Assembly: GCA_012728555.1 (NCBI GenBank)
Contig: JAAYEW010000054.1
Span: forward strand, 1-51,490
Source of the DNA: Erysipelothrix sp.
Lineage (GTDB): Bacteria > Bacillota_I > Bacilli_A > Erysipelotrichales > Erysipelotrichaceae
DNA length: 51,490 nucleotides
Direction of reading: 5' to 3'
The translations under genes and the position numbers were made by a program. The notes under the pieces were generated by a model. That model made no database searches and had not been told where the DNA came from. It was given only the letters and a program-made list of their open reading frames with translations. Every line of letters begins with the position of its first letter. The stretch's first letter is position 1. Positions 28,659-38,344 of this stretch are shown piece after piece.

Positions 28659-29702
28659 ATGAAAAAACTAATTCAATTTAAAAATATCGTCAAGGATTTT
28701 GACGGACAGCTTGTATTAAAAGGAATTAATCTAGATATTAATGAAAATGAATTCGTAACATTGCTAGGGCCTTCAGGATGTGGAAAAACAACATTATTAA
28801 GAATCTTAGGTGGATTCTTAGATCAAACAGAAGGAAGTGTTTATTTCGAAGACATCGAGATTTCTAACCTTCCAGCATATAAAAGAGAAATCAATACTGT
28901 ATTTCAAAGGTATGCACTCTTTCCGCACATGGATGTCTATGACAATATCGCATTTGGATTACGAATCAAAAAACTAGATGAATCAAGTATTAAACAAAAA
29001 GTCGAACGTATGCTAAAGTTAGTAAACTTAGAAGGTTACGAAAACAGAGCTGTAACACTACTTTCTGGAGGTCAACAACAACGTGTCGCCATCGCTAGGG
29101 CACTTGTCAACGAACCTATGGTTCTATTGCTGGATGAACCATTAGGAGCACTAGATCTTAAATTACGTAAAGAAATGCAAATAGAACTTAAGAAGATTCA
29201 AAAAGAAGTTGGAATCACCTTTATTTATGTAACTCACGATCAAGAAGAAGCACTAACGATGAGTGACAAAGTAGTTGTCATGAATAATGGCGAAATTCAA
29301 CAGATTGGAACGCCTATTGACATTTATAACGAACCTGAGAATAGATTTGTCGCTGATTTTATTGGGGAATCTAATATCATCGAAGCATTAATGATCGAAG
29401 ATTACAAAGTTTTATTAGACGGCAAAGAACTCGATTGCGTCGATTATGGTTTTGGAGAAAATGAAACAATAGAATTAGTCATTCGTCCTGAAGATATTGA
29501 TCTAGCAGAGCCTGATCAAGGGGTCTTTAATGGTGTTATTAAGTCGCTTGTCTTTAAAGGGGTTCATTATGAATACTTAATTGAAACAGAATTTAGAAAT
29601 TATATCGTTCACTCCACAGATTTAGCATTAGTAGGAGAAGAAATATCCATTCAATTTGGTCCTGAAGACTTACATGTGATGTGGCCAATGGAGATGTATT
29701 AA
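28659..29702 (+). CDS. potA: Spermidine/putrescine ABC transporter ATPase
   Basis: 'GPSGCGKTT', 'LSGGQQQRVAIARAL', 'LLLDEPL' and a C-terminal TOBE-like domain. Confidence 0.9.
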   Translation: MKKLIQFKNIVKDFDGQLVLKGINLDINENEFVTLLGPSGCGKTTLLRILGGFLDQTEGSVYFEDIEISNLPAYKREINTVFQRYALFPHMDVYDNIAFGLRIKKLDESSIKQKVERMLKLVNLEGYENRAVTLLSGGQQQRVAIARALVNEPMVLLLDEPLGALDLKLRKEMQIELKKIQKEVGITFIYVTHDQEEALTMSDKVVVMNNGEIQQIGTPIDIYNEPENRFVADFIGESNIIEALMIEDYKVLLDGKELDCVDYGFGENETIELVIRPEDIDLAEPDQGVFNGVIKSLVFKGVHYEYLIETEFRNYIVHSTDLALVGEEISIQFGPEDLHVMWPMEMY

Positions 29703-29703
29703 C

Positions 29704-30552
29704 ATGAAAGCTTTCAAAAGGTTGGTCATTCCGCACGGAGTGTTTATGGTTGTCTTTATTGCCTTCCCAATGTTGCTGATTGCTCTATATGCGTTCACAA
29801 AAAAAGGAAACGATATTGTAACCATTCAATTTACCCTAGATAACTTTATACGATTCTTTGATCCTGTCTTCATCAATATTTTGATACAATCACTAAAGAT
29901 TGCACTAATAACAACAATCTTTTGTTTACTTATGGGCTATCCAATTGCGTATTTTATTACCAAACAAGGTGAGTGTTCTCAAATGTTATTGATACTGTTA
30001 ATCACAATGCCTATGTGGGTTAATATGTTAATTCGAACGTATTCTTGGATTTCTCTTCTTTCAACCAACGGAATTATTAACAATATTTTGGTGATGCTAG
30101 GGTTTAATCGCATAGAAATGCTCTACACAGATTTTGCTGTCATCTTAGGAATGGTCTACAATTATCTACCTTTCATGATTATTAGTATTCATACTCAATT
30201 AGCAAAGATGGATCAAAGTATAATTCAAGCTTCCTATGATTTAGGAGCCAATTGGAAACAAACCTTTAGTAAAGTCATTTTTCCACTTTCTATTCCAGGG
30301 GTTATGACAGGTATCACATTAGTCTTCTTACCAGCTGTTTCAAGTTTTGTTATTCCAAAACTATTAGGAGGAGGCTCCTATATGTTAATTGGAAACTTAA
30401 TTGAGAACCAATTTGGAAGTGCAGGAAACTGGAACTTCGGATCCGCTATTTCCTTAATTATGACAGTCATCATTATTGTAACCATGGCGATAACCAAACA
30501 TTTCGATAAAGATGTTGAAGACAAAAATAGTAAAGGAGCACGTCAATGGTAG
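29704..30552 (+). CDS. potB: Spermidine/putrescine ABC transporter permease
   Basis: Six TM helices and EAA loop 'ASYDLGANWKQTFSKVIFPLSIPG'. Confidence 0.88.
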   Translation: MKAFKRLVIPHGVFMVVFIAFPMLLIALYAFTKKGNDIVTIQFTLDNFIRFFDPVFINILIQSLKIALITTIFCLLMGYPIAYFITKQGECSQMLLILLITMPMWVNMLIRTYSWISLLSTNGIINNILVMLGFNRIEMLYTDFAVILGMVYNYLPFMIISIHTQLAKMDQSIIQASYDLGANWKQTFSKVIFPLSIPGVMTGITLVFLPAVSSFVIPKLLGGGSYMLIGNLIENQFGSAGNWNFGSAISLIMTVIIIVTMAITKHFDKDVEDKNSKGARQW

Positions 30553-31364
30553 GTCTTAAAGAGCGTAAGTGGTTGTCCCGCTTATCTATTGGAGTAGTAC
30601 TTTCTTTCTTTTATTTGCCAATACTCATAATGATTATCTTTAGTTTTAATAGCTCAAAATCTTTATCTTCGTTTGAAGGATTTTCATTAGGATGGTATGA
30701 ACGGTTGTTTAAAGATAGAGATGTAATGGATGCAGTTGTCACTTCTTTCTCGGTTGCAATTATTTCGACGCTAGTATCAACAATTGTAGGGACAATTACA
30801 GCAATTGGTTTGAGTAAATCAAGAAAAATTGTTAAAGACATTATGTTATGGGTCAATGACTTCCCAATTATGAATCCAGAAATTGTTACAGCAATTGGAC
30901 TGATGCTTCTATTTGTCTTTCTGAAAATTGAGGCTGGCTATTTAACAATGTTACTTGCTCATATAACATTTAGTATTCCTTATGTTATTTTATCGGTTTT
31001 ACCAAAAATTAGAAGTTTAGATCCAAACTTAACAGAAGCAGCATTAGATTTAGGAGCAACTCCTGTTCAAGCATTAAGTAAGGTTATTATTCCTCAAATT
31101 ACCCCAGGAATTATTTCTGGAGCGTTAATAGCATTTACCATGGCTTTTGATGATTTTGTCATTTCTTACTTTGTTACAGGAAATGGAGTCAAAAACATTT
31201 CGATTCTTGTCTACACAATGAGTAAAAGAATTAATCCGACGATTAATGCGTTGTCAAGCATTTTGGTGTTGGTCATTACCATTGTTCTAATTACTATAAA
31301 CGTTGTACCATATATTAAAGAAAAGGGAAAAAATCAAAATGAAATTAACAAAGAAACTCTTTAG
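30546..31364 (+). CDS. potC: Spermidine/putrescine ABC transporter permease
   Basis: EAA loop 'AALDLGATPVQALSKVIIPQITPG'. Confidence 0.88.
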   Translation: MVGLKERKWLSRLSIGVVLSFFYLPILIMIIFSFNSSKSLSSFEGFSLGWYERLFKDRDVMDAVVTSFSVAIISTLVSTIVGTITAIGLSKSRKIVKDIMLWVNDFPIMNPEIVTAIGLMLLFVFLKIEAGYLTMLLAHITFSIPYVILSVLPKIRSLDPNLTEAALDLGATPVQALSKVIIPQITPGIISGALIAFTMAFDDFVISYFVTGNGVKNISILVYTMSKRINPTINALSSILVLVITIVLITINVVPYIKEKGKNQNEINKETL

Positions 31365-32394
31365 TTTACTAATTATTGCTCTTGTTTTGGCTAGTTGTAG
31401 CTCAAACAACTCATCCAAAGAAACACTAAAAGTATTCAGTTGGGGTGAATACATAGACAAATCCGTCATATCCGATTTTGAAAATGAATACGGTGTCCGA
31501 GTAATTTATGAAACATTTGATAGCAATGAAAGCATGTATACAAAACTATCATCAGGAGCTAGCTATGATGTTTTGGTTCCGAGTGATTACATGATTCAAC
31601 GGTTGATTGAAGAAGATTTGTTGCAAAAAATTGACTTAACAAAAGTACCAAATGTATCAAACTTAATGAATACCACAATCAATAAAGAATATGACAAAAA
31701 CATGGAATACAGTGTACCTTATTTTTGGGGAACTGTTGGAATTCTTTACAATAAAGAAACTGTAAACCCACAAACTGTTGAAAGCAAAGGTTGGGAAATT
31801 TTTAAAGACACTGATTATGCTGGAAACATTTTCTTCTATGATTCTGAAAGAGATGCCTTCATGGTTGCTCTTAAGGCTTTAGGGTATTCAGTAAATACTG
31901 AAGATCAAAAGGAATTGGAAGATGCATACAACTGGTTAATAGAACTCAATCAAACCATGAACCCAGTATTTGTTGATGATTCAGTCATTGATTCTATGGT
32001 CAGTGGTAACAAAGATATTGCGAATATTTACTCAGGAGATGCAACGTATATTATGTCTGAAAATGAAGAGATGGCATACTATGTTCCAAAAGAGGGAAGT
32101 AATGTTTGGCAAGATGCAATGGTTATTCCTAAAAATGCTGATAATGCAGAACTCGCACATAAATGGATGAACTATATGTTAGAACATGATGTTGCTTTAG
32201 CAAATACAATTGAAGTTGGATATAGTACACCTATTCAATCGGTATACGATGTGGTAACTGGTCCAGGTGGAGATTTTGAAGGATACAATTCATATTTAGA
32301 GTCTAATAATCCAAATGATGAAGAATACAAATTTAACTCTAAAACAAAAGAAATTGTTTCTGAATATTGGACTAAAGTTAAAGGTGTTAAATAA
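31339..32394 (+). CDS. potD: Spermidine/putrescine-binding lipoprotein
   Basis: Signal peptide plus lipobox 'LIIALVLASC' and a PotD-like body ('WGEY', 'VPSDYM'). ATG at 31339 preferred over 31303. Confidence 0.88.
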   Translation: MKLTKKLFSLLIIALVLASCSSNNSSKETLKVFSWGEYIDKSVISDFENEYGVRVIYETFDSNESMYTKLSSGASYDVLVPSDYMIQRLIEEDLLQKIDLTKVPNVSNLMNTTINKEYDKNMEYSVPYFWGTVGILYNKETVNPQTVESKGWEIFKDTDYAGNIFFYDSERDAFMVALKALGYSVNTEDQKELEDAYNWLIELNQTMNPVFVDDSVIDSMVSGNKDIANIYSGDATYIMSENEEMAYYVPKEGSNVWQDAMVIPKNADNAELAHKWMNYMLEHDVALANTIEVGYSTPIQSVYDVVTGPGGDFEGYNSYLESNNPNDEEYKFNSKTKEIVSEYWTKVKGVK

Positions 32395-33088
32395 CTGTCG
32401 CAATTAAGTAAAGAATAAATAAATGAAGGGGATAGAAAACATAGAAGAAAAGCTTGTTTCCTGTCCCTTTTTTATCGTTATATTTTTCAATTAAAAGAAT
32501 GGAGAAGATAGCAGTTGCTTGAGGAACCATCAATAATCCAGAAGTGATATTTCTTAACAAGTTATTGTTATTATAGTACCAAAAACAAAAAACCATTAAA
32601 ACCCCAATCCAACCGTAATCTGTATTCAAAAAATAAGCGGTCAAGAGCCCAATGAATAAGGCAACCCAGTTTCCAAATGTTGTTTTTTCTAGACGTTGAA
32701 AAAGATATATCGTAACAATGGCGATAAAAAAAGTTGCCATAACATTTTGATAAGATGGATAGAAGATGTCTCCACTTACAGCTAGATTAAAAAACGGTTC
32801 CGACACAAGAGAAAAAATCCCCATTCTTAAGGCATACTTTGGTAAACAACGAGTATGAAGAATTCCTTCTGAAACTCCAAACGCAAACAATGGAAAAGCA
32901 ATCCGACCAATCAACCTACAGATTATGTACAAAACAAAAAGCGGACTTTGAGAAAGTGGTCCTGAAAAATTAACTCCTTGTTCAATTAATACTGGTTCTA
33001 TCAGAATAGCACCAATATGATCAATTAGCATTGTAATAATGCCAATCCATTTAAGTTGTGCCATCGTTAATATATTTTGTCGATTCAT
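32387..33088 (-). CDS. TraX-family membrane protein
   Basis: 'LKWIGIITMLIDHIGAIL' N-terminal motif and a polytopic membrane profile. Confidence 0.7.
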   Translation of the reverse strand: MNRQNILTMAQLKWIGIITMLIDHIGAILIEPVLIEQGVNFSGPLSQSPLFVLYIICRLIGRIAFPLFAFGVSEGILHTRCLPKYALRMGIFSLVSEPFFNLAVSGDIFYPSYQNVMATFFIAIVTIYLFQRLEKTTFGNWVALFIGLLTAYFLNTDYGWIGVLMVFCFWYYNNNNLLRNITSGLLMVPQATAIFSILLIEKYNDKKGTGNKLFFYVFYPLHLFILYLIATVI

Positions 33089-33169
33089 AACGTTATTCTA
33101 TCATGTTTTTGTGTTGTACTTTTGACAGAAATGTATCCACATTGTTCAAAAATAGTTTACAATGAAGAT

Positions 33170-34105
33170 ATGATAAAACAACTCTTAGAAAACAACTTTA
33201 ATGAGTTCATTAGTGGTGAACTCTTAGCAGAACAATTAAAAACGACTAGAGCGAATGTTTGGAAACAGATTGAGAAACTAAGAAAACAAGGCTATCAAAT
33301 TGAGTCGAGAACTAATAAAGGATATCGATTAGTTGGCTATGATCATTTAGTTTCTCTTTCAGCAATCAAAAGACATTTAACGGCAAATTTGAGTGATATC
33401 ATCCTATTAGACGAAGTTGATTCAACCAATAGTTATATCAAGAGAACATATGGTCACTTGAGTGAGAATACGTTAGTTGTTAGCGACTATCAAACAGCAG
33501 GAAGGGGTAGATATGGTCGTAGTTTCTATTCACCGAAGCATCAAGGAATCTATTTAAGCTATTTAATCAAACCTCATTTTGATGACATGAAACAAACACA
33601 ACTACTAACCATAGCTGCCTGTTTAGGTGTTATCGATGCCATAGAGAATCTTTGTGATGTCCATTTAGAAATTAAATGGTTAAATGATATCTATTATCAG
33701 AAAAAAAAGCTCAGTGGTATCTTAAGCGAAGCTTCCTTTGAGGTAACTTCTCAACAATTACAGTATTTGATTGTAGGAATTGGGATTAACTTATTTGTTA
33801 CTAATATTCCTAATGAATTAAAAGACATCATGATTTCTTTAAACAAACCGATAGAGGTTCATCGCTTGATTGCTGAAATCAGCAACTCATTTTATAAACG
33901 GCTTGAAATGATTAATAAAGATCGTTTAGATTTAATTGAGGATTATTCAAAACGAAATATGTTGTTAAACAAGACTATTCACTATCAAAAAAGTAAGTAT
34001 CTTGTTAAATCTATCAATGAATGGGGACATTTGGTTGTTCATGATGAAAATGGACAAGTCTTAGAATTACAAGCAGGAGAGGTATCACTACATGTTGACA
34101 ACTAA
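33170..34105 (+). CDS. birA: Bifunctional biotin--[acetyl-CoA-carboxylase] ligase / biotin operon repressor
   Basis: N-terminal wHTH 'ISGELLAEQLKTTRANVWKQIEKLRKQGYQI' and 'GRGRYGRSF'. I prefer the ATG at 33170, but its RBS is weak, so the start is uncertain. Confidence 0.85.
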   Translation: MIKQLLENNFNEFISGELLAEQLKTTRANVWKQIEKLRKQGYQIESRTNKGYRLVGYDHLVSLSAIKRHLTANLSDIILLDEVDSTNSYIKRTYGHLSENTLVVSDYQTAGRGRYGRSFYSPKHQGIYLSYLIKPHFDDMKQTQLLTIAACLGVIDAIENLCDVHLEIKWLNDIYYQKKKLSGILSEASFEVTSQQLQYLIVGIGINLFVTNIPNELKDIMISLNKPIEVHRLIAEISNSFYKRLEMINKDRLDLIEDYSKRNMLLNKTIHYQKSKYLVKSINEWGHLVVHDENGQVLELQAGEVSLHVDN

Positions 34106-34613
34106 ACAATGGTTACAATCAGCAATGATGATTGCGTTATTAAGTATTGCTGCTTATATAAAGGTCCCAATTGGTTTAGTACCGATTACTTTTCAGTTCT
34201 TAATTGTTTTATTAATAGGGCTACTATTTTCGGCAAAACAAGCCATTCTTACTGTATCTCTTTACATTCTGATTGGTTTGTTAGGAGTTCCAGTCTTTAG
34301 TGGTGGAGGTGGATTCGAATACATCTTTCGACCTAGTTTTGGATTTGTCTTGGGTTTTCTTGTTTGTGTCACTGTAACCAATACGACATATAAAAAGACT
34401 AAGCATCCTTTATTAGCGGTTCTACTAGGATATCTTAGTCTCTATATGATGGGTTTACCATATTTATTCATGATTCTTACAAAAGTAATGCATATTACAC
34501 AACCAATTGAACAATTTCTGTATTCTTACTGGATTGTTTTCCTATTGAATGATTGTCTAAGTATTGCACTATCTTTACTAGTTTTTAAACGTTTAGATAA
34601 ATTTAGTTACTGA
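34092..34613 (+). CDS. bioY: Biotin transporter S-component BioY
   Basis: 'IALLSIAAYIKVPIGLVPITFQ' and six TM helices, coupled to birA. Confidence 0.88.
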   Translation: MLTTKQWLQSAMMIALLSIAAYIKVPIGLVPITFQFLIVLLIGLLFSAKQAILTVSLYILIGLLGVPVFSGGGGFEYIFRPSFGFVLGFLVCVTVTNTTYKKTKHPLLAVLLGYLSLYMMGLPYLFMILTKVMHITQPIEQFLYSYWIVFLLNDCLSIALSLLVFKRLDKFSY

Positions 34614-36227
34614 TTCAATAGCTGCTAGTGTTTCGTCTGGCAATCGATCATTTGGATGCTCTAGATTGTGTTGATTAATAAAGTCAATCCGGTATTGCAT
34701 CCGTTTTTTAATTGTTTCAAAATAACCTTTATTCTCAGGAATTTCAAAGCCTTCAACCATTGCGTATTCGATTTGAGGATGATTAATAAATGGTCTAAAT
34801 TCATTGGTTCCATTCACATCATTTTCAATAATTTCTAAAGTAACTTCTTTGGGTATTTTTTGTTCTAAATAGTAACCAGTATTGATAACGTAACAGCTAA
34901 CATCGCCCTTCATGAAGAGTTCTTTAAAACGGTTGTAATCATCCAAAAGATTATACACTCTAAATGGATTAGCATAAGGTTCAATGACTAATGCATTGGG
35001 ATCAATGACTCCTGTCTCAGCAGTTGTTCGTTTGGTTGCTAATGTTAGACCAAAAGTACTTGCTAGAATCGGATCATTAATTTTTAAAAGTGGTGGTAGA
35101 CTATCGTCTTTCATAATCCAATAGACCGCATTGATTGGTTCATTGATTTTATCGACCCGATTTAAAGTTGAGTAACGCGACTTAACCGTACGACCATTTC
35201 CGTTACGAATATCTTGAGTCACTAAAACACGTTTTAAGTCTAGATTTAAAGTGACCCCAACATTTTGAACAGTTAAGAAATAGTCTTGTTCGGGATGGCC
35301 TGTCGGATAATCTTGGGTCTTATCAAAATAAGATGGTTCTAAAGCAATACTTGAGCCGTTGTTTATATTAATAATAAAGGCATCATCATGAAGCACTTGG
35401 ATATCAAATTTGTTATCATGTTTTGCGTGGGTTAACGTTGATTTTCCTGATCCAGATAAACCAAAGAAACTAGCAACGTAATTGTGATCTGTTTTCTTGA
35501 AAAGTTTTAAACCTCCATGACAACTTACAAATCCATGTCGATATGCAGTAGCCCATGCAAGAGTTAATGTTCCTTTTTTTAATTCTCCAAAATAATTCAT
35601 CCCTAAAATACAGACAACATTATGAAGAGGATCAAAGTAGCTTAAACCAAGAGGATAGTTAGGATGCTGCCATTCAGAATCAAAATATACGTAAATATCG
35701 TTTTCTAAATATTGAACCGACTCATTATAAAGTTTCTTGTATTCATCATTGAAAATTTGGAAATTTAGTAACCAGGATAATAAGTTATTGGCTTGATTAT
35801 CATTGATACACAAATGAGCTTTGACCATAAAATCTTGGTCAAGACCAACAACAGCAGTTGCATGATAAAATTGTCGATTATAATTATCTTTCATGCTGTC
35901 TTTGATTAAGTCACTAAGCAGTTTGTCTTCTTCTTTGTTTTGATTGACAATCCGACGAGCTTTTGCGGAGCGACCAACTATTTTGCCACTATTTTCGACC
36001 AAAATAGTAGCATCTTCAGGAAGTCCTAACTCGTGGGTATGTTTGATAGGGATATCTGTCACGATGGTTCGTGGATGTTCTTTCGCCAGTTTATATGCTT
36101 GAGATAAAGTGTCTATTTTTCTGACATTGTTTCGGTAAAATGTTGTCTCAATCAGTGTTTTCAGTGGAGACAACAGTGGATTTGTGTCACGAATTGTATG
36201 TGATTCAAATTTTTCTACTGTAGCCAT
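34593..36227 (-). CDS. pckA: Phosphoenolpyruvate carboxykinase (ATP)
   Basis: Kinase-1a 'GLSGSGKSTL' and 'NGRTV'; the 544-aa size is typical of ATP-dependent PEPCK. Confidence 0.92.
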   Translation of the reverse strand: MATVEKFESHTIRDTNPLLSPLKTLIETTFYRNNVRKIDTLSQAYKLAKEHPRTIVTDIPIKHTHELGLPEDATILVENSGKIVGRSAKARRIVNQNKEEDKLLSDLIKDSMKDNYNRQFYHATAVVGLDQDFMVKAHLCINDNQANNLLSWLLNFQIFNDEYKKLYNESVQYLENDIYVYFDSEWQHPNYPLGLSYFDPLHNVVCILGMNYFGELKKGTLTLAWATAYRHGFVSCHGGLKLFKKTDHNYVASFFGLSGSGKSTLTHAKHDNKFDIQVLHDDAFIININNGSSIALEPSYFDKTQDYPTGHPEQDYFLTVQNVGVTLNLDLKRVLVTQDIRNGNGRTVKSRYSTLNRVDKINEPINAVYWIMKDDSLPPLLKINDPILASTFGLTLATKRTTAETGVIDPNALVIEPYANPFRVYNLLDDYNRFKELFMKGDVSCYVINTGYYLEQKIPKEVTLEIIENDVNGTNEFRPFINHPQIEYAMVEGFEIPENKGYFETIKKRMQYRIDFINQHNLEHPNDRLPDETLAAIESVTKFI

Positions 36228-36379
36228 GTTTATTCTCCTTTATATTTGATAATATTATATCATGAAAGGGCTTACTTTATTATTAAATTATCAAAGTTAG
36301 TACTAAAAAACATTGAAAGAACAACATTGTGTCAAGTCTTTGAGTATAATAAAATCAAGAAAATAGAAAGGAGAGCTCC

Positions 36380-36706
36380 GTGCTTTGGTTTAGAAAGAAA
36401 AGAAAGAACAAACAACCGACTGTAATAAAAGAAAGTATTACCACACCTATTCAAGAAAATAGAGTGTTGTTAACAAGAGAAGGCGTTGATCAAGATGAGA
36501 AGGAGTTGGTAGCTGCTATCACAACTAGTATTGCAGCCAATGATCATCCTCACTCAAGCTTTAAAATCAGCTCAATTCAAGAAATTGATGTTGATAAAGA
36601 AAGAGCAATCGCAATCGTTTCTGCTGTTTTAGCCAGTGACAAACCACATAGTAAATTTCGCTGTGTATCAATTAATCAAGTAGGAGAAGGAGAACAATTA
36701 TGTTAA
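36380..36706 (+). CDS. Soluble small subunit of the oxaloacetate decarboxylase complex (OadH-like?) with two OadG-tail-like repeats
   Basis: GTG start with RBS AAAGGAGAG. Internal repeat 'ELVAAITTSIAANDHPHSSFKISSIQ' / 'RAIAIVSAVLASDKPHSKFRCVSINQ'. It has no TM helix and sits first in an oadH-oadD-oadB-like gene order. Confidence 0.45.
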   Translation: MLWFRKKRKNKQPTVIKESITTPIQENRVLLTREGVDQDEKELVAAITTSIAANDHPHSSFKISSIQEIDVDKERAIAIVSAVLASDKPHSKFRCVSINQVGEGEQLC

Positions 36707-37083
36707 GAAAGTTTAGAATTAAAATCAATAACAAAGAATACCTTGTTGAAATGGAAGAATTAACACCTCAAAGTGCACCTGTCCAAAAAGCCCAACCAGT
36801 CTCAACAGTACAAGCAGCACCTGCTGCTACGTCTGAGCCCGTTGTTGTGGTTCCTCAACAAAAAGCAGAAGGGGTTCGTGTAGAGGCACCAATGCCAGGA
36901 AATATCTTGGAGGTGTTTGTTAAAGTAGGAGATGTTGTGAAGGAAAATGACCCTCTAGTGATTCTTGAAGCGATGAAAATGGAAAATGAAATAGTATCAC
37001 CAATCCATGGAACGATTACGAGTGTTGCTGTTACGAAAGGAGTCGCAATTGATGTTTCAGAACTCATTGTGACAATTCAATAA
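36700..37083 (+). CDS. Biotin carboxyl carrier subunit of Na+-translocating decarboxylase (OadD/GcdC-like)
   Basis: Ala/Pro-rich linker and biotinylation motif 'EAMKMENE'. Confidence 0.88.
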   Translation: MLRKFRIKINNKEYLVEMEELTPQSAPVQKAQPVSTVQAAPAATSEPVVVVPQQKAEGVRVEAPMPGNILEVFVKVGDVVKENDPLVILEAMKMENEIVSPIHGTITSVAVTKGVAIDVSELIVTIQ

Positions 37084-37084
37084 A

Positions 37085-38197
37085 ATGCATATTATATATG
37101 AAGGTTTGACATCAATCACACTACCTCAAGTAGCGATGATGCTTATCGGCTTAACACTAATGTACTTAGGGATCAAGAAAGAATTCGAACCAACTTTACT
37201 AGTACCTATGGGACTAGGAGCAATCTTAGTCAACTTTCCTAACTCTGGAATGATCACTCAACCAGGTGGGCCAACAGGAGTTCTCAATGTACTGTTTGAA
37301 GCAGGAATTGAAACAGAACTGTTTCCTTTATTAATCTTCATTGGTATCGGAGCTATGATTGATTTTGGCCCACTATTAAAGAATCCATTCATGCTTTTGT
37401 TTGGTGGAGCAGCTCAATTCGGTATTTTCTTTGTTATCGTTGTTGCGGTTTTGTTTGGATTTACGATTGAACAAGCAGCATCCATTGGTATTATCGGTGC
37501 AGCAGATGGTCCAACCTCGATTTTTGTGGCTAACAAGTTGGCTCCCGATTTATTAGGACCAATTACCGTTGCGGCTTACTCTTACATGGCGCTTGTGCCA
37601 ATCATTCAACCTTTTGCGATTAAGTTAGTGACAACAAAAAAAGAGAGACAAATTCGAATGAAGTACAAAGCGGAAGGCGTTTCTCAAAAAGTTAAAATCT
37701 TTTTCCCAATTGTCATTACATTTGTGGCAGGTTTTATTGCTCCAGTATCGTTACCACTCGTAGGATTCTTAATGTTTGGAAACTTACTGCGTGAAACAGG
37801 TGTCCTTGATCGATTGAGTAGTACCGCTCAAAATGAGTTGGTAAATATCGTTTCGATTTTACTTGGACTAACAATTTCACTAAAAATGACAGCAGATGCT
37901 TTCTTAAATGTTCAAACATTAATGATAATTCTCTTTGGCTTAGTTGCATTTGTAATGGACACTATCGGAGGAGTTTTATTTGTTAAATTATTAAATCTCT
38001 TCAGAAAAGAAAAAATGAATCCAATGATTGGTGCAGCAGGTATTTCTGCTTTCCCAATGTCTGCACGTGTTGTACAACGTTTAGCAAGCGAAGAAGACAA
38101 ACAAAATTTCGTACTAAACTATGCTATTGGAGCAAATGTCTCTGGACAAATTGCTTCAGTAATTGCAGGCGGTTTGATCCTGTCATTACTAGGATAA
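37085..38197 (+). CDS. oadB: Na+-translocating decarboxylase beta subunit
   Basis: Polytopic membrane protein with 'GAADGPTSIF' and 'GAAGISAFPMSARV', typical of OadB/GcdB/MmdB. Confidence 0.92.
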   Translation: MHIIYEGLTSITLPQVAMMLIGLTLMYLGIKKEFEPTLLVPMGLGAILVNFPNSGMITQPGGPTGVLNVLFEAGIETELFPLLIFIGIGAMIDFGPLLKNPFMLLFGGAAQFGIFFVIVVAVLFGFTIEQAASIGIIGAADGPTSIFVANKLAPDLLGPITVAAYSYMALVPIIQPFAIKLVTTKKERQIRMKYKAEGVSQKVKIFFPIVITFVAGFIAPVSLPLVGFLMFGNLLRETGVLDRLSSTAQNELVNIVSILLGLTISLKMTADAFLNVQTLMIILFGLVAFVMDTIGGVLFVKLLNLFRKEKMNPMIGAAGISAFPMSARVVQRLASEEDKQNFVLNYAIGANVSGQIASVIAGGLILSLLG

Positions 38198-38207
38198 GGG
38201 GGACAAC

Positions 38208-38342
38208 ATGAAATTTGATGTAACATTAATACCTCAAGCATTAGAAATAATGGCTCTTGGTATGGCTGGAATTTTTGTCGTCATGATTATTTTATATCTT
38301 GCAAGCTTAATTCTTATTAAAGTTTTGCCTGAAGAAAAGTAG
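38208..38342 (+). CDS. Unannotated 44-aa single-TM peptide, OadG (gamma subunit) membrane-anchor-like
   Basis: ATG at 38208 with RBS AAGGGGG, translating to MKFDVTLIPQALEIMALGMAGIFVVMIILYLASLILIKVLPEEK*. 'GMAGIFVVM..L' resembles the OadG-family TM. It fills the gap between oadB and citX exactly. It falls below the ORF-track length cutoff. Confidence 0.6.
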   Translation: MKFDVTLIPQALEIMALGMAGIFVVMIILYLASLILIKVLPEEK

Positions 38343-38344
38343 AA

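Noticed and set aside
33140-33164. Inverted repeat CATTGT-N13-ACAATG (ATTGTTCA...TTTACAAT) just upstream of birA, considered as a BirA operator (bioO).
   Set aside because: An operator is expected, because BirA here has an N-terminal wHTH and precedes bioY. However, the half-site spacing (about 21 nt from TTGT to ACAA) is much shorter than the roughly 33-nt TGTTAACC-N15-GGTTAACA-type sites I recall, and the arms are only 6 bp. I cannot support the call without comparative data.
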